From: Octopus vulgaris
Taxonomy: Eukaryota
DNA: 64,000 nt
NCBI GenBank assembly: GCA_951406725.2
Contig: OX597820.1
Span: forward strand, 103,788,001 to 103,852,000
Reading direction: 5' to 3'
In this document: piece by piece, positions 1 to 14,763 of the stretch
How the letters are laid out: every line of letters starts with the position of its first letter
Numbering within the stretch: the first letter of the stretch is position 1
The notes under the pieces: model-generated
What the model was told of the DNA's origin: nothing
Databases searched by the model: none
What the model saw: the letters and a program-made list of their open reading frames with translations, nothing else
Position numbers and translations under genes: made by a program

Positions 1-983
1 ATATGTATATATATTTGTATATATGTATATATATTTGTATATATGTATATATATATTTGTATATATGTATATATATATTTGTATATATGTATATATATAT
101 TTGTATATATGTATATATATTTTTTTATAGATGTATGTGTATATATATATTTTTATAGATGTATGTGTATATATATATTTTTATAGATGTATGTGTATAT
201 ATATATTTTTATAGATGTATGTGTATATATATATTTTTATAGATGTATGTGTATATATATATTTTTATAGATGTATGTGTATATATATATTTGCATAGAT
301 GTATGTGTATATATATATATTTGTATGTATGTATGTATATATATATATTTGCATGTATGTATGTATATATATATATATTTGCATGTATGTATGTATATAT
401 ATATATTTGCATGTATGTATGTATATATATATATTTGCATGTATGTATGTATATATATATATTTGCATGTATGTATATATATATATATTTGCATGTATGT
501 ATATATATATATATATTTGCATGTATGTATATATATATATTTGTATGTATGTATATATATATATTTGCATGTATGTATGTATATATATATATTTGCATGT
601 ATGTATGTATATATATATATTTGCATGTATGTATGTATGTATATATATATATTTGCATGTATGTATGTATATATATATATTTGCATGTATGTATGTGTGT
701 ATATATATATTTGCATATATGTATGTGTATATATATATTTGCATATATATATATATATATGTATGTGTGTATATATATATTTGCATATATGTATGTGTAT
801 ATATATATTTGCATATATATATATATATATATATATTTGTATATATGTATGTGTATATATGTATGTGTCTATATATACATTTGTATATATGTATGTGTCT
901 ATATATACATTTGTATATATGTATGTGTCTATATATACATTTGTATATATGTATGTGTCTATATATACATTTGTATATATGTA

Positions 984-1031
<48 letters not shown>

Positions 1032-1839
1032 TGTGTATATATATATATTTGTATATATGTATATCTATATATTTGTATGTGGTTAGAGTCACGGTCGAGG
1101 GATCGCAGGTTCAACTCTCAGACCGGGCGATGTATGTGTTTATGTGCGAAACACCTAAACTTCACGCGGCTCCAGCAGAAGGTAATGGCGAACTTCGGCT
1201 GACTCTTTCGCCACAGCTTTCTCTCACTCTTTCCTCCTGCATCTTGCAGCTCACCTGCGACGGACCGGCGTCCCGTCCAGGTGGGGAACCTATATGCCAA
1301 GGAAACCGGAAAACCGGCCCTTATGTGCTAGGCGTGGCTCGAGAAGGAACAAACAACATATATTTGTATATATGTATTTGTATATATGTGTATATATATA
1401 TATATTTGTGTATATGTGTGTATATATTTGTGTATATATATTTGTGTATATGTGTATATATATTTGTATATATGTATGTATATATATATTTGTATATATA
1501 TATATGTATGTATGTGTGTGTGTGTGTGTATATATTTGTATATGTGTGTGTATATATATTTGTATATGTGTGTGTATATATATTTGTATATATGTGTATA
1601 TATATATTTGTATGTGCATATGTGTATGTATATATACATTTGTATACATATACATGTTTATATATATAAATATATATATATATATATTTGTATGTGCATA
1701 TGTGTATGTATATATACATTTGTATACATATACATGTTTATATATATAAATATATATATATATATATTTGTAGGTATGTATATGTAAGGTGTATTTATGT
1801 ATGTATACATATGTCTGTGTCTATGTGTCTATTTGTGTG

Positions 1840-1881
<42 letters not shown>

Positions 1882-1940
1882 CACACACACACACACACTC
1901 ATACATACATACACACACACACATACATATATATAGTTAG
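1..1940. repeat. Compound TA/TG microsatellite arrays with higher-order ~20-30 bp units, interrupted by a SINE at ~1078-1350
   Basis: Units such as ttgcatgtatgtatgtatatatatatat are directly visible. Confidence 0.95.
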
Positions 1941-2300
1941 TGTGTTGGAGGTTACGCGATTAGATTGATAGATGAAAGTATTCATTAGATACATTCTTGG
2001 CCTATTTAGAGCCAAACCCTTATTTCAGGATGACTTAACTTGCTAACTGACCCACACCCAAAACAGTCAACAAGAAAAGCATTAAAAAAATTAGTCTGCT
2101 GCGATTCGCTAGTTTCAATCGTTCTCACACTATTTAATTTATTTTTACAAAACGTGAGGATTTGTTCTTCTGCCGTTTACTGAATTTATTGTTGGCCACA
2201 AAGCTTATGAATTGAGACTTTCATTCGTTTTTCTTTCTCACATTGTGTCTACTCGAGTTATTAATAGGTTCAATTGTGACAAGTTTTTTGCGGGTAGATA

Positions 2301-3419
2301 CGACATTTTAGTTCTCTGTTAGTCGCCTCTAAAACCCCAGGCTTTCTAATTTCTGTTGAAACCATTTTGCAAGTACAATACTGTTCATAGCCTTTGGTAT
2401 CATCTCCGGGTCGGCCTTGAATTAGCAGACCTTTGATTAAAGCTATTCCAATCGTAATCATGTACGCTTATGATCAAAGATATTCTATTTGTGATCATAT
2501 CGCCTTTTGCTATGTATAATAAAATAGATGTGCCCTTTCAAAGCCTAGCCAGGCTCATGGGCCCGGTTTCCCGGTTTCTATGGCGTATGTGTTCCTCAGC
2601 TTAGCGGTCCGGGTGGAGAGGAAGCAGACTCATCACTGTAGTCCCAGTGTTGTGGTAGGCCAATCAGTACTGTACCAATACTCTGTTTTATAACCAGAAC
2701 ATTTTTTTTTAGTGATATACTATTGGGACGAATACTTATGGCGTGAGACTTTCAGATAAGAGAGCTTAGATTATGTTTTGTTTGTATATTTCTCCGTCTA
2801 AATTGGGGTGGGTGCACCTTATTTGCCAATGTGCTTTGTATTCCCGAAAAATAAGTACCATATTTTCGAGAATACAAAGCACATTGGCAAATACAAAGTA
2901 GTAGTTGACAAAATCGATTATACACTTTCACAAACTTCGTAATTTTCTGCCTGTAATGACCGAGTAACATCTGTTTTCAGTGGATAGGATTTCGGCTGAA
3001 CACCATATTAATGTTACTCTCGTTTATAATTCATTGTCATTCCTTTTCCGTTTATTCATCGTTTTATTTTTGTGCATTTTGTCGTCAGTAAAACCAAAAA
3101 CAATATAGCACTACTGAACGACATTTTAGTTCTCTGTTAGTCGTCTCTAAAAACCCAGGGTTTCCAATTTCTGTTGAAGCCATTTTGCAAGTACAGTATT
3201 GTTCATAGCCTTTGGTATCATCTCCGGGTCGGCCTTGAATTAGCAGACATTTGATTAAAGTTATTCCAATCGTAATCATTTACGCTTACGATCAAAGATA
3301 TTCCATTTGTGATCATATCGCCTTTTGCTATGTATAATAAAATAAATGCGCCCTTTCAAAGCCTAGCCAGGCTCATGGGCCCGGTTTCCCGGTTTCTATG
3401 GCGTATGTGTTCCTCAGCT
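2301..3419. repeat. ~300-bp direct duplication (2301-2601 and 3119-3419)
   Basis: Both copies run cgacattttagttctctgttagtcg...gttcctcagct with scattered substitutions. Confidence 0.9.
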
Positions 3420-3900
3420 ATGTATGTATGCATGCAGCTAAGTATGTACACTCACACATGTATATATGCGTGTAATTATATATGTATGTATTTGTATATG
3501 ACATACATGCATGTATACATAGTCATGGATTATCTATTCAAGGGAACATAAACAACATCGAATAAAGAATTTAAAGTGTTGTATTTTAGGAAAACGTGTG
3601 TGTGTGTGTGTAAGCGCATGGTTTAGTGGTTAGGATGTTGCACTCACGATTGCGAGATCGTGGTTTCGACTTCCAGACCGGACGTTACGTTGTGTCTTCT
3701 TGGGTAAAACGGTTCATTTCACGTTCGCCATCTAACATGTGGCACGTCATGCTCCTACAAATAATGTCAGTTTGATGGAGCGGAGTGAGCTTATGTGAAC
3801 ACAAACATTTGATAACTATAAATAAATCATCTGTGTGGCTGTTCAGCAAGAAATTGCAGAACTCTCACGCGTCGTCTAAAGACGGAAGACTCCATATCTA

Positions 3901-4779
3901 TACGAGGTCTAATTAAGTATCTGGAGTGTTGCCATAGTAACGACACCTAAGTACGCAGTGAAAGCGCTCGGCACAGATTGATCTTGAACTCTGCTGTGCA
4001 TGCGCATTAAGTTTTGACGTTCTAGCTCACTTCCACTGTTTACAGCAGAGCTTGAAAGGAAAGTGTGTAGCGTGTGATCGTTTCATTGGCCATGACAGAG
4101 GAAGTTGTTTTGGCGATACCTGCTCAGGGACCCACGCAAAGTTGAAGAAAGTGTATGTAGAAGAGTGTATAAGCTGCACACAAGTGTACGAGTTCTTCAG
4201 ACGTTTCCAAGATGGCCGAAAAAATGTCGATATTGACGAACATTCTGAGAGACCAGCAACCAAAATAACTGAGAAAAACATTGCAGGTGTCCATACAGCT
4301 GTGAGGGGAAATCGTTCACCATCCGTGAGTTATCAGAGGATGTGCAGATTAGTTACAGTTCAGTTCAATCCATTATCACTGAAGATCTGGGTATGAGACG
4401 CGTGCCTGCCAAGTTTTAGCTATAACTACTTTCAGCTAACCAAAAAGACACTCGGATCTCAGGTCTTCTTGATTCTATCGAAAACGATGAAAATTTTTGA
4501 AAACTTTGCGTAGGTCTCTGAGCAGGTATGGCCAATCGTTTAAAAACATTTGATGCAGATTCTCTGCTCAACTCTCTCTGTCGTGGTCATTGCGACGGTC
4601 ACACGCTACACACCTTCCTTTCAAGCACTGCTGTAAATAGCGGTAGTGAGCTAGAACGTTAAAACTTGGTGTGCATACACAGCAGAGATCAAGGTCAATC
4701 TGCCAAGCGGCTTCACTCTGCGTGCTTTAGCTTCGTTACTATGTCAACAGTCCTGATACTTATTGATCAGACTGGATAC
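3901..4779 (+). mobile_element. Non-autonomous mariner derivative with ~250-bp imperfect inverted arms
   Basis: Internal peptides TQVYEFFRRFQDGRKNVDIDEHSERP and ITEDLGMRRVPAKF match the mariner transposase N-terminus. 3901-4150 is inverted at about 4500-4779. Confidence 0.8.
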
Positions 4780-4790
4780 TTATTGATCAG

Positions 4791-4827
<37 letters not shown>

Positions 4828-5671
4828 TTGTGTATGTAATATATACATATATATATGATGAAGTAGTTCTGTATTATTCCCTCTTTGATTTATGCTTAAA
4901 TAATCCTTTTTGCCACAGGCAGACACAAGACCTGAAGTTTTGTGAGTTAGGGTATAGTCGATTATATCGAGCCCAGTGCTTGACGGGTACTTTTTTTTAT
5001 CGATCTCCGAAAGGATAAAAGGCAAAGTAGGCCTCGGTAGAATCTGAGGTCAGAACATAAAGCCGGGTGAAATTACACTTAGCATTTTGTTCGGCTTGCT
5101 AACAATCCTGTCAGCTTGCCACCTTCTTTATGCTTAAATAATACAATATACTAATAGTTCTAATGTTTTCATATAAATTCCACGTTTTATTACGCATCAA
5201 AAATAAAGATTTGCAATCCAATGAATTGAATTCTAGTATTGACACACAGCTATACATTTTACGGGTTGAGTGCATAGTCAATTAATATAACCGCAGTACT
5301 TAATTCTATTAACACCTTGAGGGTGAAAGACGAACTTGATAATTGAACTCCGAACGTAAAGTAAAGCGACAAAATGTCTTGAGGTATCGTGTCCAACATT
5401 TTAACTATCGTACTGATTTACCGCCTGTTATGCAACTCGACATTATATTTATGCGTGGGTGTTGCTTAGGCACAGCTAGACTAATAACCTAATGTAGAAT
5501 TCAATATACATGTGCTTCAGAACTAAGCGTTAGCAGAGTATAGAGCAGAAACGAGAAAATAAGATGACGAAGGAATAAATGACATTCGTGTTGGCTTTCT
5601 CATTGGTTATGTTTTTTCCTTTATATATGCATAAATGTAATTTTTTCCCAAATAAATTGCACTTCATACTT

Positions 5672-5756
5672 GAGCTTCTAATGAAGCTATAAAGTGTTAC
5701 TCAAACATTCAGCTATGAATCCACTGCATCTTACAGTAGAAACAGCCGTGTAAGCT
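5672..5756 (+). pseudogene. Degenerate hammerhead motif, same family as 58336
   Basis: agctt CTAATGA agctataa...ttacag ta GAAACAGCCGTG taagct; shares the upstream flank ttcccaaataa.ttgcacttcat. Confidence 0.5.
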
Positions 5757-6199
5757 TATGAAGTTCATAAGATAAATCGTTTGATTCCTTTGTCATCATA
5801 TTTTATGTTATATATTTATTCCGAAAGGAATTGTAAAACTTAACTCAGTTTAAAAGAGGTCAATTTTCATTGTTATTCGAGTAACGATTTTAAACATCTA
5901 CCAAAATAGATATTTTTTGCAGGTCACGTTGATATTAATATTTTCTGCAGGTCACGTCGCTTCAATAAATTTGATATATCTCAACAGAAAAATAGTTTTC
6001 AATATAACATTCCTCAACAAAAGATAGACGAGTATATAAAACAGCTTTCTGCAGTTAAGAGTAATGAAATTCTGAGCGAATATAAACTTAGATAAACTTA
6101 GATAAACTTAGATATGTTTCGACCAGAGATTGGTCCAGGCCATGTCTAACTTAATAGCACCACTTGATAGGATTATTCGAATCCTGTTTAAGTCAAGTT

Positions 6200-6476
6200 T
6201 TGTTCAAGTAGTGAGATCTTGTTGGGTGAGTTGTATCCAGTTTTGTTCAAGTAGTGAGTTCTTGTTGGGTGAGTTGTATCCAATTATGGGTGGCTTATCT
6301 GGTATTCTTTGAAGGAATCTATCCAGACTCTGTTTGAAGTTGATGGGATCCTTTTCCTCTTTGATCTCCCTCGGGACAATGTTAAATAGGGCAGGGCCTG
6401 TTGAGGAAAAGAAATTATGTTGCAGTGTACATGTATGTTGTGATCTTGAATTTGGCAGGGGACGTCTGATTTCCAC
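6200..6476 (-). mobile_element. CR1/L2-clade LINE 3' fragment
   Basis: GPALFNIVP...FKQSLDRFLQRIPDKP resembles the ORF2 C-terminus at 50215-50538. Confidence 0.7.
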
Positions 6477-9369
6477 TGTAAAATTTTAAATTTTTTAAGA
6501 ATAATGCTAAAAACATTCTTAAAGCTGAAACAGTTGTATTACACATAATTTAAATTCTTTAAAGTTAATAAAATATATTTATACGCAGCCAAATCAAGAT
6601 ATAGATTAAATCTTCAATAGACAAAATAGGAAACTAGCGGAATGTAACTGCATCCTCAGCAAAATCTTAAATATTTCTTATTGATAAGACTTCAAACAAA
6701 AATTCAGTATGTATGTTATCTCTAAAATCAAGGAAAACATATCCAGCTCTGTCAAAAGTAAATCATTATGTGTCGTCGGATGTTGTATCTACTAAACAAA
6801 AATTAATGCCAAAGTTTTCAGGTTTTTGTTTGGAGGGAGGAAGGAAGGAAAGAAAGAGTGAGTACTGGAGAAGGTTGTTAATAGCTGTCCTCATCAACAA
6901 TGAGATGTTGAAAGTGAGTACGATAATCGGTAGGGTCAGATGAGTTGTGCTTCAGAAGGGAACACTGCGATATTTTCCAGATTGAGATTTATCTCTTTAC
7001 AGAGGATACAGCAGCGGGGGTCGACTGAAGGGTTCGATGATGATAGCAGTTGGCTATGGTATGTAGTTTTTGAGGCAAATGGAAAGGGACATTGCCAGAG
7101 CCAGTGGGTTTGTTTTGAAACGACCAGAAGTGCCTTCTTACTTGGCATATATTTGTACATAGTGGTTAAACTGTCTAATTGGAAAGCGATGGTTTTAGAA
7201 GGGATTTTCCTGGTGTGTGCAATGAGGAGTTGGGTGCAAAGCAGACAGCATATATGAATGATGTCTTCGTGAAAGTACAGCATGCAGAACCATCATAATT
7301 GAGAAGCAGGTGAGGAGGAAGATTCTGCAAAGTTAGTAGAAATCACTTTGCCAAGAGACAAAACAAAGGGAGACTAGAGTGTTTGCACGTTGTACGAAAC
7401 CCGGAGACTTCCTTCGCATTTCTGGTGAGGGCTTTACAGGAGTTGTGTTGTCATAGAGAACTAGAACTGTGCTATATGTCCGCTACATATGTTATTCAAA
7501 TCAATAGTAAAATTATTTTTACAAAGAATATCGATCTTACTGTCCTTGACTGAGAACGATCATCATAGATTATGAAAGGTAACAATGACAGTGACACAAT
7601 TGAAAAATCAATGATTCACGCTCTACTTTAATAGCTCGATTTAAAAATGAGATAGAACATGAACACGTGGGGTTTTTTGTGGGTGGGGTTTTTTTGTGGG
7701 TGAGGTTCTAATTAATGCCTAAATAAGATAGAAGCGAAACCGAGGCGATTCTGATGATATTGTCGTCGTTGGTGGTGTCGTCGATGGTGGTATATCAATA
7801 CTGTTGTTAATGGGGATGGTCGTGGCTGTGGTGCGATGGCGTAGCGCAGAGCATGCGGGCTGCACGAGGTAGCCATTTTGTTGGGGAGGTGCAAATATAT
7901 GCTGATGGTACTTGCGTTTAAGGAAGGACGTGGCTAAATATGCTTACAGCACATGGCGACCAAGACCCACGCAACGCCACTGTAGTGATTATGGTAGTAT
8001 TAGTGGTGGTGGTAGCAGTGGTAACGGCATGCATCGTCGTCGTTAGCGGCCTTTGTTGTCGAGGAAGGAGGGTTGATGTAAATGGCTATTGTTGCTCTTA
8101 GTAGTGTGAAGAAGTGGAGGATAGATGCCTCCCCATCGGTTCCAGTAATGAACATTCAGTTGTTTAATCAACTGAGCAACCTGCCCACTGAATTAGCAAA
8201 AAAGTGGTTGAATATTCCACAGACTCGAGTTCACTTTAAAGTAATAGTGAGTCAGATTCAACATGGCACATTTGTGACAAAAGCTAGGGTTTTAAATTAC
8301 AGATGCAATCCACACAGTTTCAGTCTTCTCGTAAAACTTGGATCAGACAGAGGTTATGATAAAAGATACTTAGCCAAAATGCTACGCAATGGGATCTAAC
8401 CTGCAAACTTCTTAATCATTCGATCATGCTGTTTCCGATATATAGGTTGTTGATTGTTTACTGGTTTCTTGTTAGATGACTAACGTATGGTGGTGAAATG
8501 ATGTGGTTTGTAATGATGGAATTTAGCCCTAAGTGATCTTTGACTGAGTCTGGTAAATCAACGACATTCCACCCGTACCCCGTCCCGATTTGTTAAAGGT
8601 ATCTAAAACTTGCATTGTTGTCAATGCGTCTCCTGTTAAGACGGTATGGTCTTAGAGGGACATTTTGTTATTTCTTGCAGGTCGAAAAACCTTGTTGAGG
8701 CTCCTTTCTTAGTGGTTAGTTGTAGAGCTAGTTGACAGGAGTCGGAAATGGCTGGAAATTGACGTAGTTTCAATGTAGGGCACTTTGAAAAATGGCTGGT
8801 GCGGGGTACGGAAGATTAATTGTAGTTAGGGCAGGTTGTTAGACAATTAAAGAAATACACGGGTTGACATGGACTTCCCCTTTCTGGGATTGATTATTCA
8901 GTAATGGAGTCGATTTGATCGACTATACGCTTCTCCCAAAATATAAAACATTATACGAACGTTAGAAATCAATAAAATACTGGTACTGCTTCTATCGATT
9001 TAATGTAAACACATTATGCCCTGGTTATCAAATATGCTCCGCTAATCACAAGCTTCCGTTCAACACCAGAAAAAGGCAGATTCGAATCGATCCTGGAGTC
9101 TTAGTCATATTGTCATTTAACTGTGCAAATGTGACATGGTATTTATCTAGCAGATAAAGAACTATGAAATCATAAAGTAAAGTTCACACTTTTTTATATT
9201 ATTCCATAGTTTCTGTGATGTTATCCTAAACTTCGTGAAGTTGGACAAACTCGTATATAGGGAGAGAATTCCATCAAAACAATGCTTTCTATAATTGTCG
9301 ATGGTTATATGTGTAATGTATACCTTTATCTCACAACCTACCCATATTGTACAGCAAATATGACAACAA

Positions 9370-9950
9370 ATGCGTAGCCGTATTTCGTCAGCCGTTACGT
9401 TCTGAGTTCAAATTCCGCCGAGTTCGACTTTGCCTTTCATCCTTTCGAGATCGATAAATTAAGTACCAGTTACGCACTGGTGTCGAAGTAATCGACTTAA
9501 TACCAATGTCTGTCCTTGTTTGTCCCCTCTATGTTTAGCCTCTTGTGGGTAGTAAAGAAATAGGTATTTCGTCGGTCTTTATGTTATGAGTTCAAATTCT
9601 GCTGACGTAGACTTTACCTTTTATCCTTTCAGGGTCGACGAAATAAGTACCAGTTGAGCACTGGGGTTGATGTAATCGATTAGGTCCCTCCCCCAAAATT
9701 TCAGGCCTTGTGTCTATTGTAGAAAAAATTATTAAGGCGGTGACCTAGCAGAATCGTTAGCACGCCGGGCAAAACATTTAGCAGTATTTCATCTGTCATT
9801 ACGTTCTGAGTTCAAATTCTGCCGAGGTTGACTTTGTCTTTCATCCTTTCGGGGTCAATAAAATAAGTACCAGCCAAGTTCTAGAGTCGATGTAATCGAC
9901 TAGTCCCTCTTCTAAAATTGTCGGCCTTGTACCAAAATTTGAAACAATTA
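9370..9950 (+). mobile_element. Cluster of three head-to-tail SINE family C copies (Meta-domain-like centre)
   Basis: Repeated gagttcaaattc.gccgagg tcgactttgcctttcatcctttcggggtcgataaa..agtaccag. Confidence 0.8.
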
Positions 9951-11421
9951 TCATGGTTGTTATTCTTAGAGCCGTAGGTTTGCAGAATCGTTAGAGCGTC
10001 GGACAAAATATCTTGCAGTATTTGTTCTGGCTTTGTAGTTTCTTAGTTTAAATTGTGTTATAGTCAACATTCTGTTGCCTCTTTCCAGTGACCTGTCAAA
10101 TACCGAGATCGATGGTATTGACTAACATCTCCTTCCTTCAAAATTGCTGGTCTTGGAGTTAAATTAGGGATTGTTATTAAGATATAGAATTAGCAGTGTT
10201 AAATTTCCCTCATATCAAGTCCTATCATCTTAAAAATATCCTTAACTTAATTATGTTTGTGAATAAGGCGTCAAGCTAGCAGAATCGTTAGCAGCCCGGA
10301 CAAAATGCTTACAAGTATTTTGTCCGTTGTTGTGTTCTGAGTTCAAATTCCGCCGTGGTCGAATTTGCTTTTCATCCTTTTGGGGGTCGATAAAAAATGT
10401 ACCTATTTCTTTATGTACCGTTTGAGCACTAGGGTCGATGTAATCGACTAGCCCTCTCCATCAAAACTTCGTTTTACAGTGTGAATGAAGTTCCCACAAG
10501 GACCGACTTTGACTTTCGTCCTTCTGGGAGAGATAATCTAAGCACCAGTTGTACGACTGTGTTGATTTAATTGACTATATAACTTTCCCAATATCTGGAA
10601 CCTTTTGTCTATGCTTGCGTTTGAATGATCAATGCATTATGTTCAATCGGTCTAGACTCTCGTATTTGCTGTTGAGTAAGCTTAGTGAATACACAGAGCC
10701 TTTTCTAGAAAATATATAGATTTCGTGTGAGAGATGTCAACCATCTCGTCCGATCGGATATTTCTGATCACACTTTAATGTATTTTTTTTTCTTGTCTTT
10801 TAATCAATGATCATACATGTATGTATGAGTGCATGCGTGTATGAGTGTATGTATGTCAAACTATCAAAATAACGAAGTATTGACATTTTGTGAAGAGCTA
10901 TAAAACAGTTTTTTTTTATATAAACCATAATCGAAAGTATTGATCTTTTTACTTAGTTAAAAATAAAAACAGCAAATAAGAAGCGAATAAGAGTATCAAG
11001 CGTTCGTTTTCTTCACTCCCGACAGATTTTGTAACAAGTATTTTAGCGAGTAATTGAGCCAATTTCACTAACTTACTTTGATCTTATTTGTTGTTTTTAT
11101 TCTTGTTGTTTTTTAACCCCCAGACCAACCCTAAACGAACAGGCCTATAATCAAAGGCGTTCCACTTGCATCCACTCTATCTTTTATATAGACATAATGT
11201 ATTGACCCATTCATCAATACTATTTCTAGCAGTTCGAATGACCGATCAGAGATTCCCTGGTTGGTTCGAACTCTTATTACTGCATGGTATCAACAAACTA
11301 TTGGGTTTCTTAATTTGGCTGTAAATTTATAAGAATTTCATTATATTATCGTTATTAAATGAGTTAGTAGAAAGTGTAAAGCATCCGGATTAAATCTCGT
11401 ATTTTGCTTATTTCATCCAAC

Positions 11422-11478
<57 letters not shown>

Positions 11479-13050
11479 ATATATATGTATGTATGTATGT
11501 GTGTGTGTGTGTGTGTGTGTATGAGAGAGAGAAGCGTTTCGAGTTGGGTTCAAATCTGACCTCGATGGTCTTTGGTTTCCATTCGGCATGGATCGATAAA
11601 ACTTTGGAGAATTCCCATAATTCATTATGTCATAGGACCAACAGCAAAAGACTTTTAAAGCAATTAATCTCATCGAAGTTCGACCTTTTACTAAATCATA
11701 TTAACAGCATTTGAACCCGGTGTTGCAGTATAATGACACGCATACTGCATTTGATCTGATCAATCGGCATTGGGTCTGAATTCAGAAGTTAGAGATCGCG
11801 AAAGAAGTAAGCAAAGTTAAAGGATTAAATCCGATATTCTAATCTTTACCTATATATGAATTGTTGGGCTTATGCAAGAAATCAATGTTGTTGTACTAGT
11901 AATATCGGTTGTGTTGGAGCAAATGTGTTATAGTTTACAGCATATTCACAAACGGTGCGCCTGGGGTTTTTATATAATCCATATTGATGTTTGAGCGTCA
12001 TGAAAAACGTGTTGAAACGTGTTCTTCGTTGTTTTGTTATAAACAAATGATGGTGGGTATCTGTCGTTCGATGACGAGGATTCAGCTCTTGTTCGGCCAA
12101 CTGAATTACCTCCTCTTGATTTAACGTGTAAGTGATTGAATCAACATGATACACTGTGTGACAAAGCTGTACTTTTTAAAATACCAACGCGATCTACCAG
12201 ACGTTTCCCCATGGTGCCACGCAGTGGAATTGACATCGGGACTTCGAGCTTACGCCTACATGCACAAGTGTAATTAATCCTTTCTTATTTTGGCACAAGA
12301 TCAGTTATTTTGAAAGGTGTTGAAGTCGATTACATCGACTCAATTGGTACTTTTTTATCGACCCCAAAAGGATAAAAGGCAAAGTCGGCATCGGTGGCAT
12401 TTGAGCTCAGAGCGTAAAGACGGACAAAATAACGCTAAGCATTTCGTCCGGTGTGCTAATGATTCTACCAGCTCCCGCTTCATAAAGCAGTCTGATTAAT
12501 CTTTTCTATGATACGCATAAGGCTTGAAGTTTTGATGGAGGGGGCTAGTCGATTACATCGACCCTAGTGCTCAAACGGTACATTTTTTATCGACCCCCAC
12601 AAGGATGAAAAGAAAATTCGACCCGGCGGAATTTGAACTCAGACAAAATACTTCTAAGCATTTTGTCCGGGCTGCTAACGATTTATACACAAACATAATT
12701 AAGTTAAGGATATTTTTAAGATGATAGGACTTGATATGAGGGAAATTTAACAGTTATTGCTAACAAGTCGAGCAACCACAAGGGCCCACTCGTTAATTCT
12801 CTTTTGAGTAATATATTAAGCTTATTCTAATCGAGTAAAGTCCACCGCTGCTAAAAGAAATCCATTGCAATCTCGTGCCAAAAGAAATCCATTGCAAAAC
12901 GGTGGGTTGACTGAATCGTTAGGATTGCGGACAAAATTTCTAGTTTCTAGTTACGAATTTTTTCATTCCAAATTAAAATCTCGCGTTTTATCCTTCCGGT
13001 GTTGATGAACATAGTTATATCAGTCCATTGGTTTGATTTTTATGATATAC

Positions 13051-13285
13051 CTATTTCTTTACTACCCACAAGGGGTTAAACACAGAGAGGACAAACAAGG
13101 ACAGACAAAGGGATTAAGTTGATTACATCGACCCCAGTGCGTAACTGGTACTTAATTTATCGACCCCGAAAGGATGAAAGGCAAAGTCGACCTCGGCGGA
13201 ATTTGAACTCACAACGTAACGGCAGACGAAATACGGCTACGCATTTCGCCCGGTGTGCTAACGTTTCTGCCAGCTCGCCACCTTA
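13051..13285 (-). mobile_element. SINE family C, near full length (also ~27221-27430 -, ~30890-31100 -, ~10265-10455 +, ~12541-12680 -)
   Basis: Reverse complement of the 9370 family; near-identical to 27221-27430. Confidence 0.85.
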
Positions 13286-14718
13286 CATTTATATGATTTA
13301 TATGATATACCATTCACATGAAGGATGCTTTGTAGGAATAATAGAAAACCGAGTGAAGGATTTGTACATCATCTCTACATGGTGAGCCGACTGACTGACC
13401 ATTCAGTTATAGACAGTTACCAAACGACTTCTAGGACGCGTGCTATTTTGAATGGATGCGCAATATAAAACCCCGTTGTCTTTTTGTTGTGCGAAGAAAG
13501 AAAAATAATAGTAATCCTGTTCGGATTAACCGGAATATAAATTTTTGTCTAGTACATATCTATCAGGTTGAAATGATGAATATATATTATGTATATTGTT
13601 TATAATAGTGAAAATGACAATCAAGATGAAGCCACCAGTCCGACTAATTTAAACAGTATCGGGACTGGTTTAAACAGATGTGTTCAAATTGGTTCCCCAC
13701 GCCAAGAGAGGGCTCCATGCACACCCTCGAACGGAGGACAATATAATGAATTTTTAGTATATAATTGTGGTTAATGGTGGAGCCTCAAGCCCTCTGGTTT
13801 GAATGGCGAACTACACAAAGCATAAAACATCAATCTTCAGCTTTGGTAGAGTAGAGGGTCCCATTGACAATGTTCTAATCGCACTTCCTAGCGCCGGCTC
13901 TAACAGTATACATAATACTTATCTAGTGTTGAACCTCTTTAACTAAACACTACAGAATTGGGAACTTGCGGTGGTCAGTTGAAACAGTAGTCAGAGCACT
14001 GGACAAATACCTTGTGGTTGTTGTTTTTTGTACATGAGGTTCAAATCCTGTCGAAGTTAACTTTTGTCTTTCATCTTTCCAGGATTAATTTGGGTAGTTA
14101 CATTGCTCAGATCCTCGCTCATAATGCTTTAAAGAGAGGTAAAATGACAGATTACCGTGGCATCAATGAAACTAGCGGGTCTTTCTTACTCTGAAGTGAG
14201 ATAGCGGAAAGATTAGGGAGCAAAAAAATCAGTAAAAACGGAAGAGAATAATGGTGGTCTGTCTGCATGAATAAACTTAACGTACAAAATATAGTATAGA
14301 ATATCGAGTGCTGATGTTCCTAACAAGGAAATTACTTGCATTTATCCGAATGACTTATCTAGTAACTTGAAAATATACGATTAATCTACCCAAAACAATT
14401 GTTTAGTCTTCAGCCCATATGTAATGAAAGGACATGAACAATTAGTGTTATTCTTTATTTGCTTACTAGGGCAACAATAACATTATTGTTAACAGGTCAA
14501 GGAATATATACTAGTGTTTCAATATATGTATATGCGTGTGTATTTGATCCAAAGTTTTCTCTTATCTATGCTGAAACTAAACGTATATATATAAAAAATA
14601 AGCCTATGTATAGATTAAACACACGCACACACACACATAGCTTTATATATATATACACACACACACACATATATATATATATGTTTAGTTTCACCATAGA
14701 TAAGAGAAAACTTTGGAT

Positions 14719-14763
<45 letters not shown>

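Noticed and set aside
209-1936. Long Y/I/H/M/C/V-rich ORFs on both strands
   Set aside because: Translations of stop-free TA/TG microsatellite.
6700-7300. Opposed 105-115 aa ORFs
   Set aside because: No recognisable domain; at most a very decayed LINE remnant.
13346-13391. Candidate upstream calpain exon (ttgtag...gtgagc)
   Set aside because: No frame gives the expected FxDxxFP or WKRP motifs. The N-terminal exon was not found in the window.
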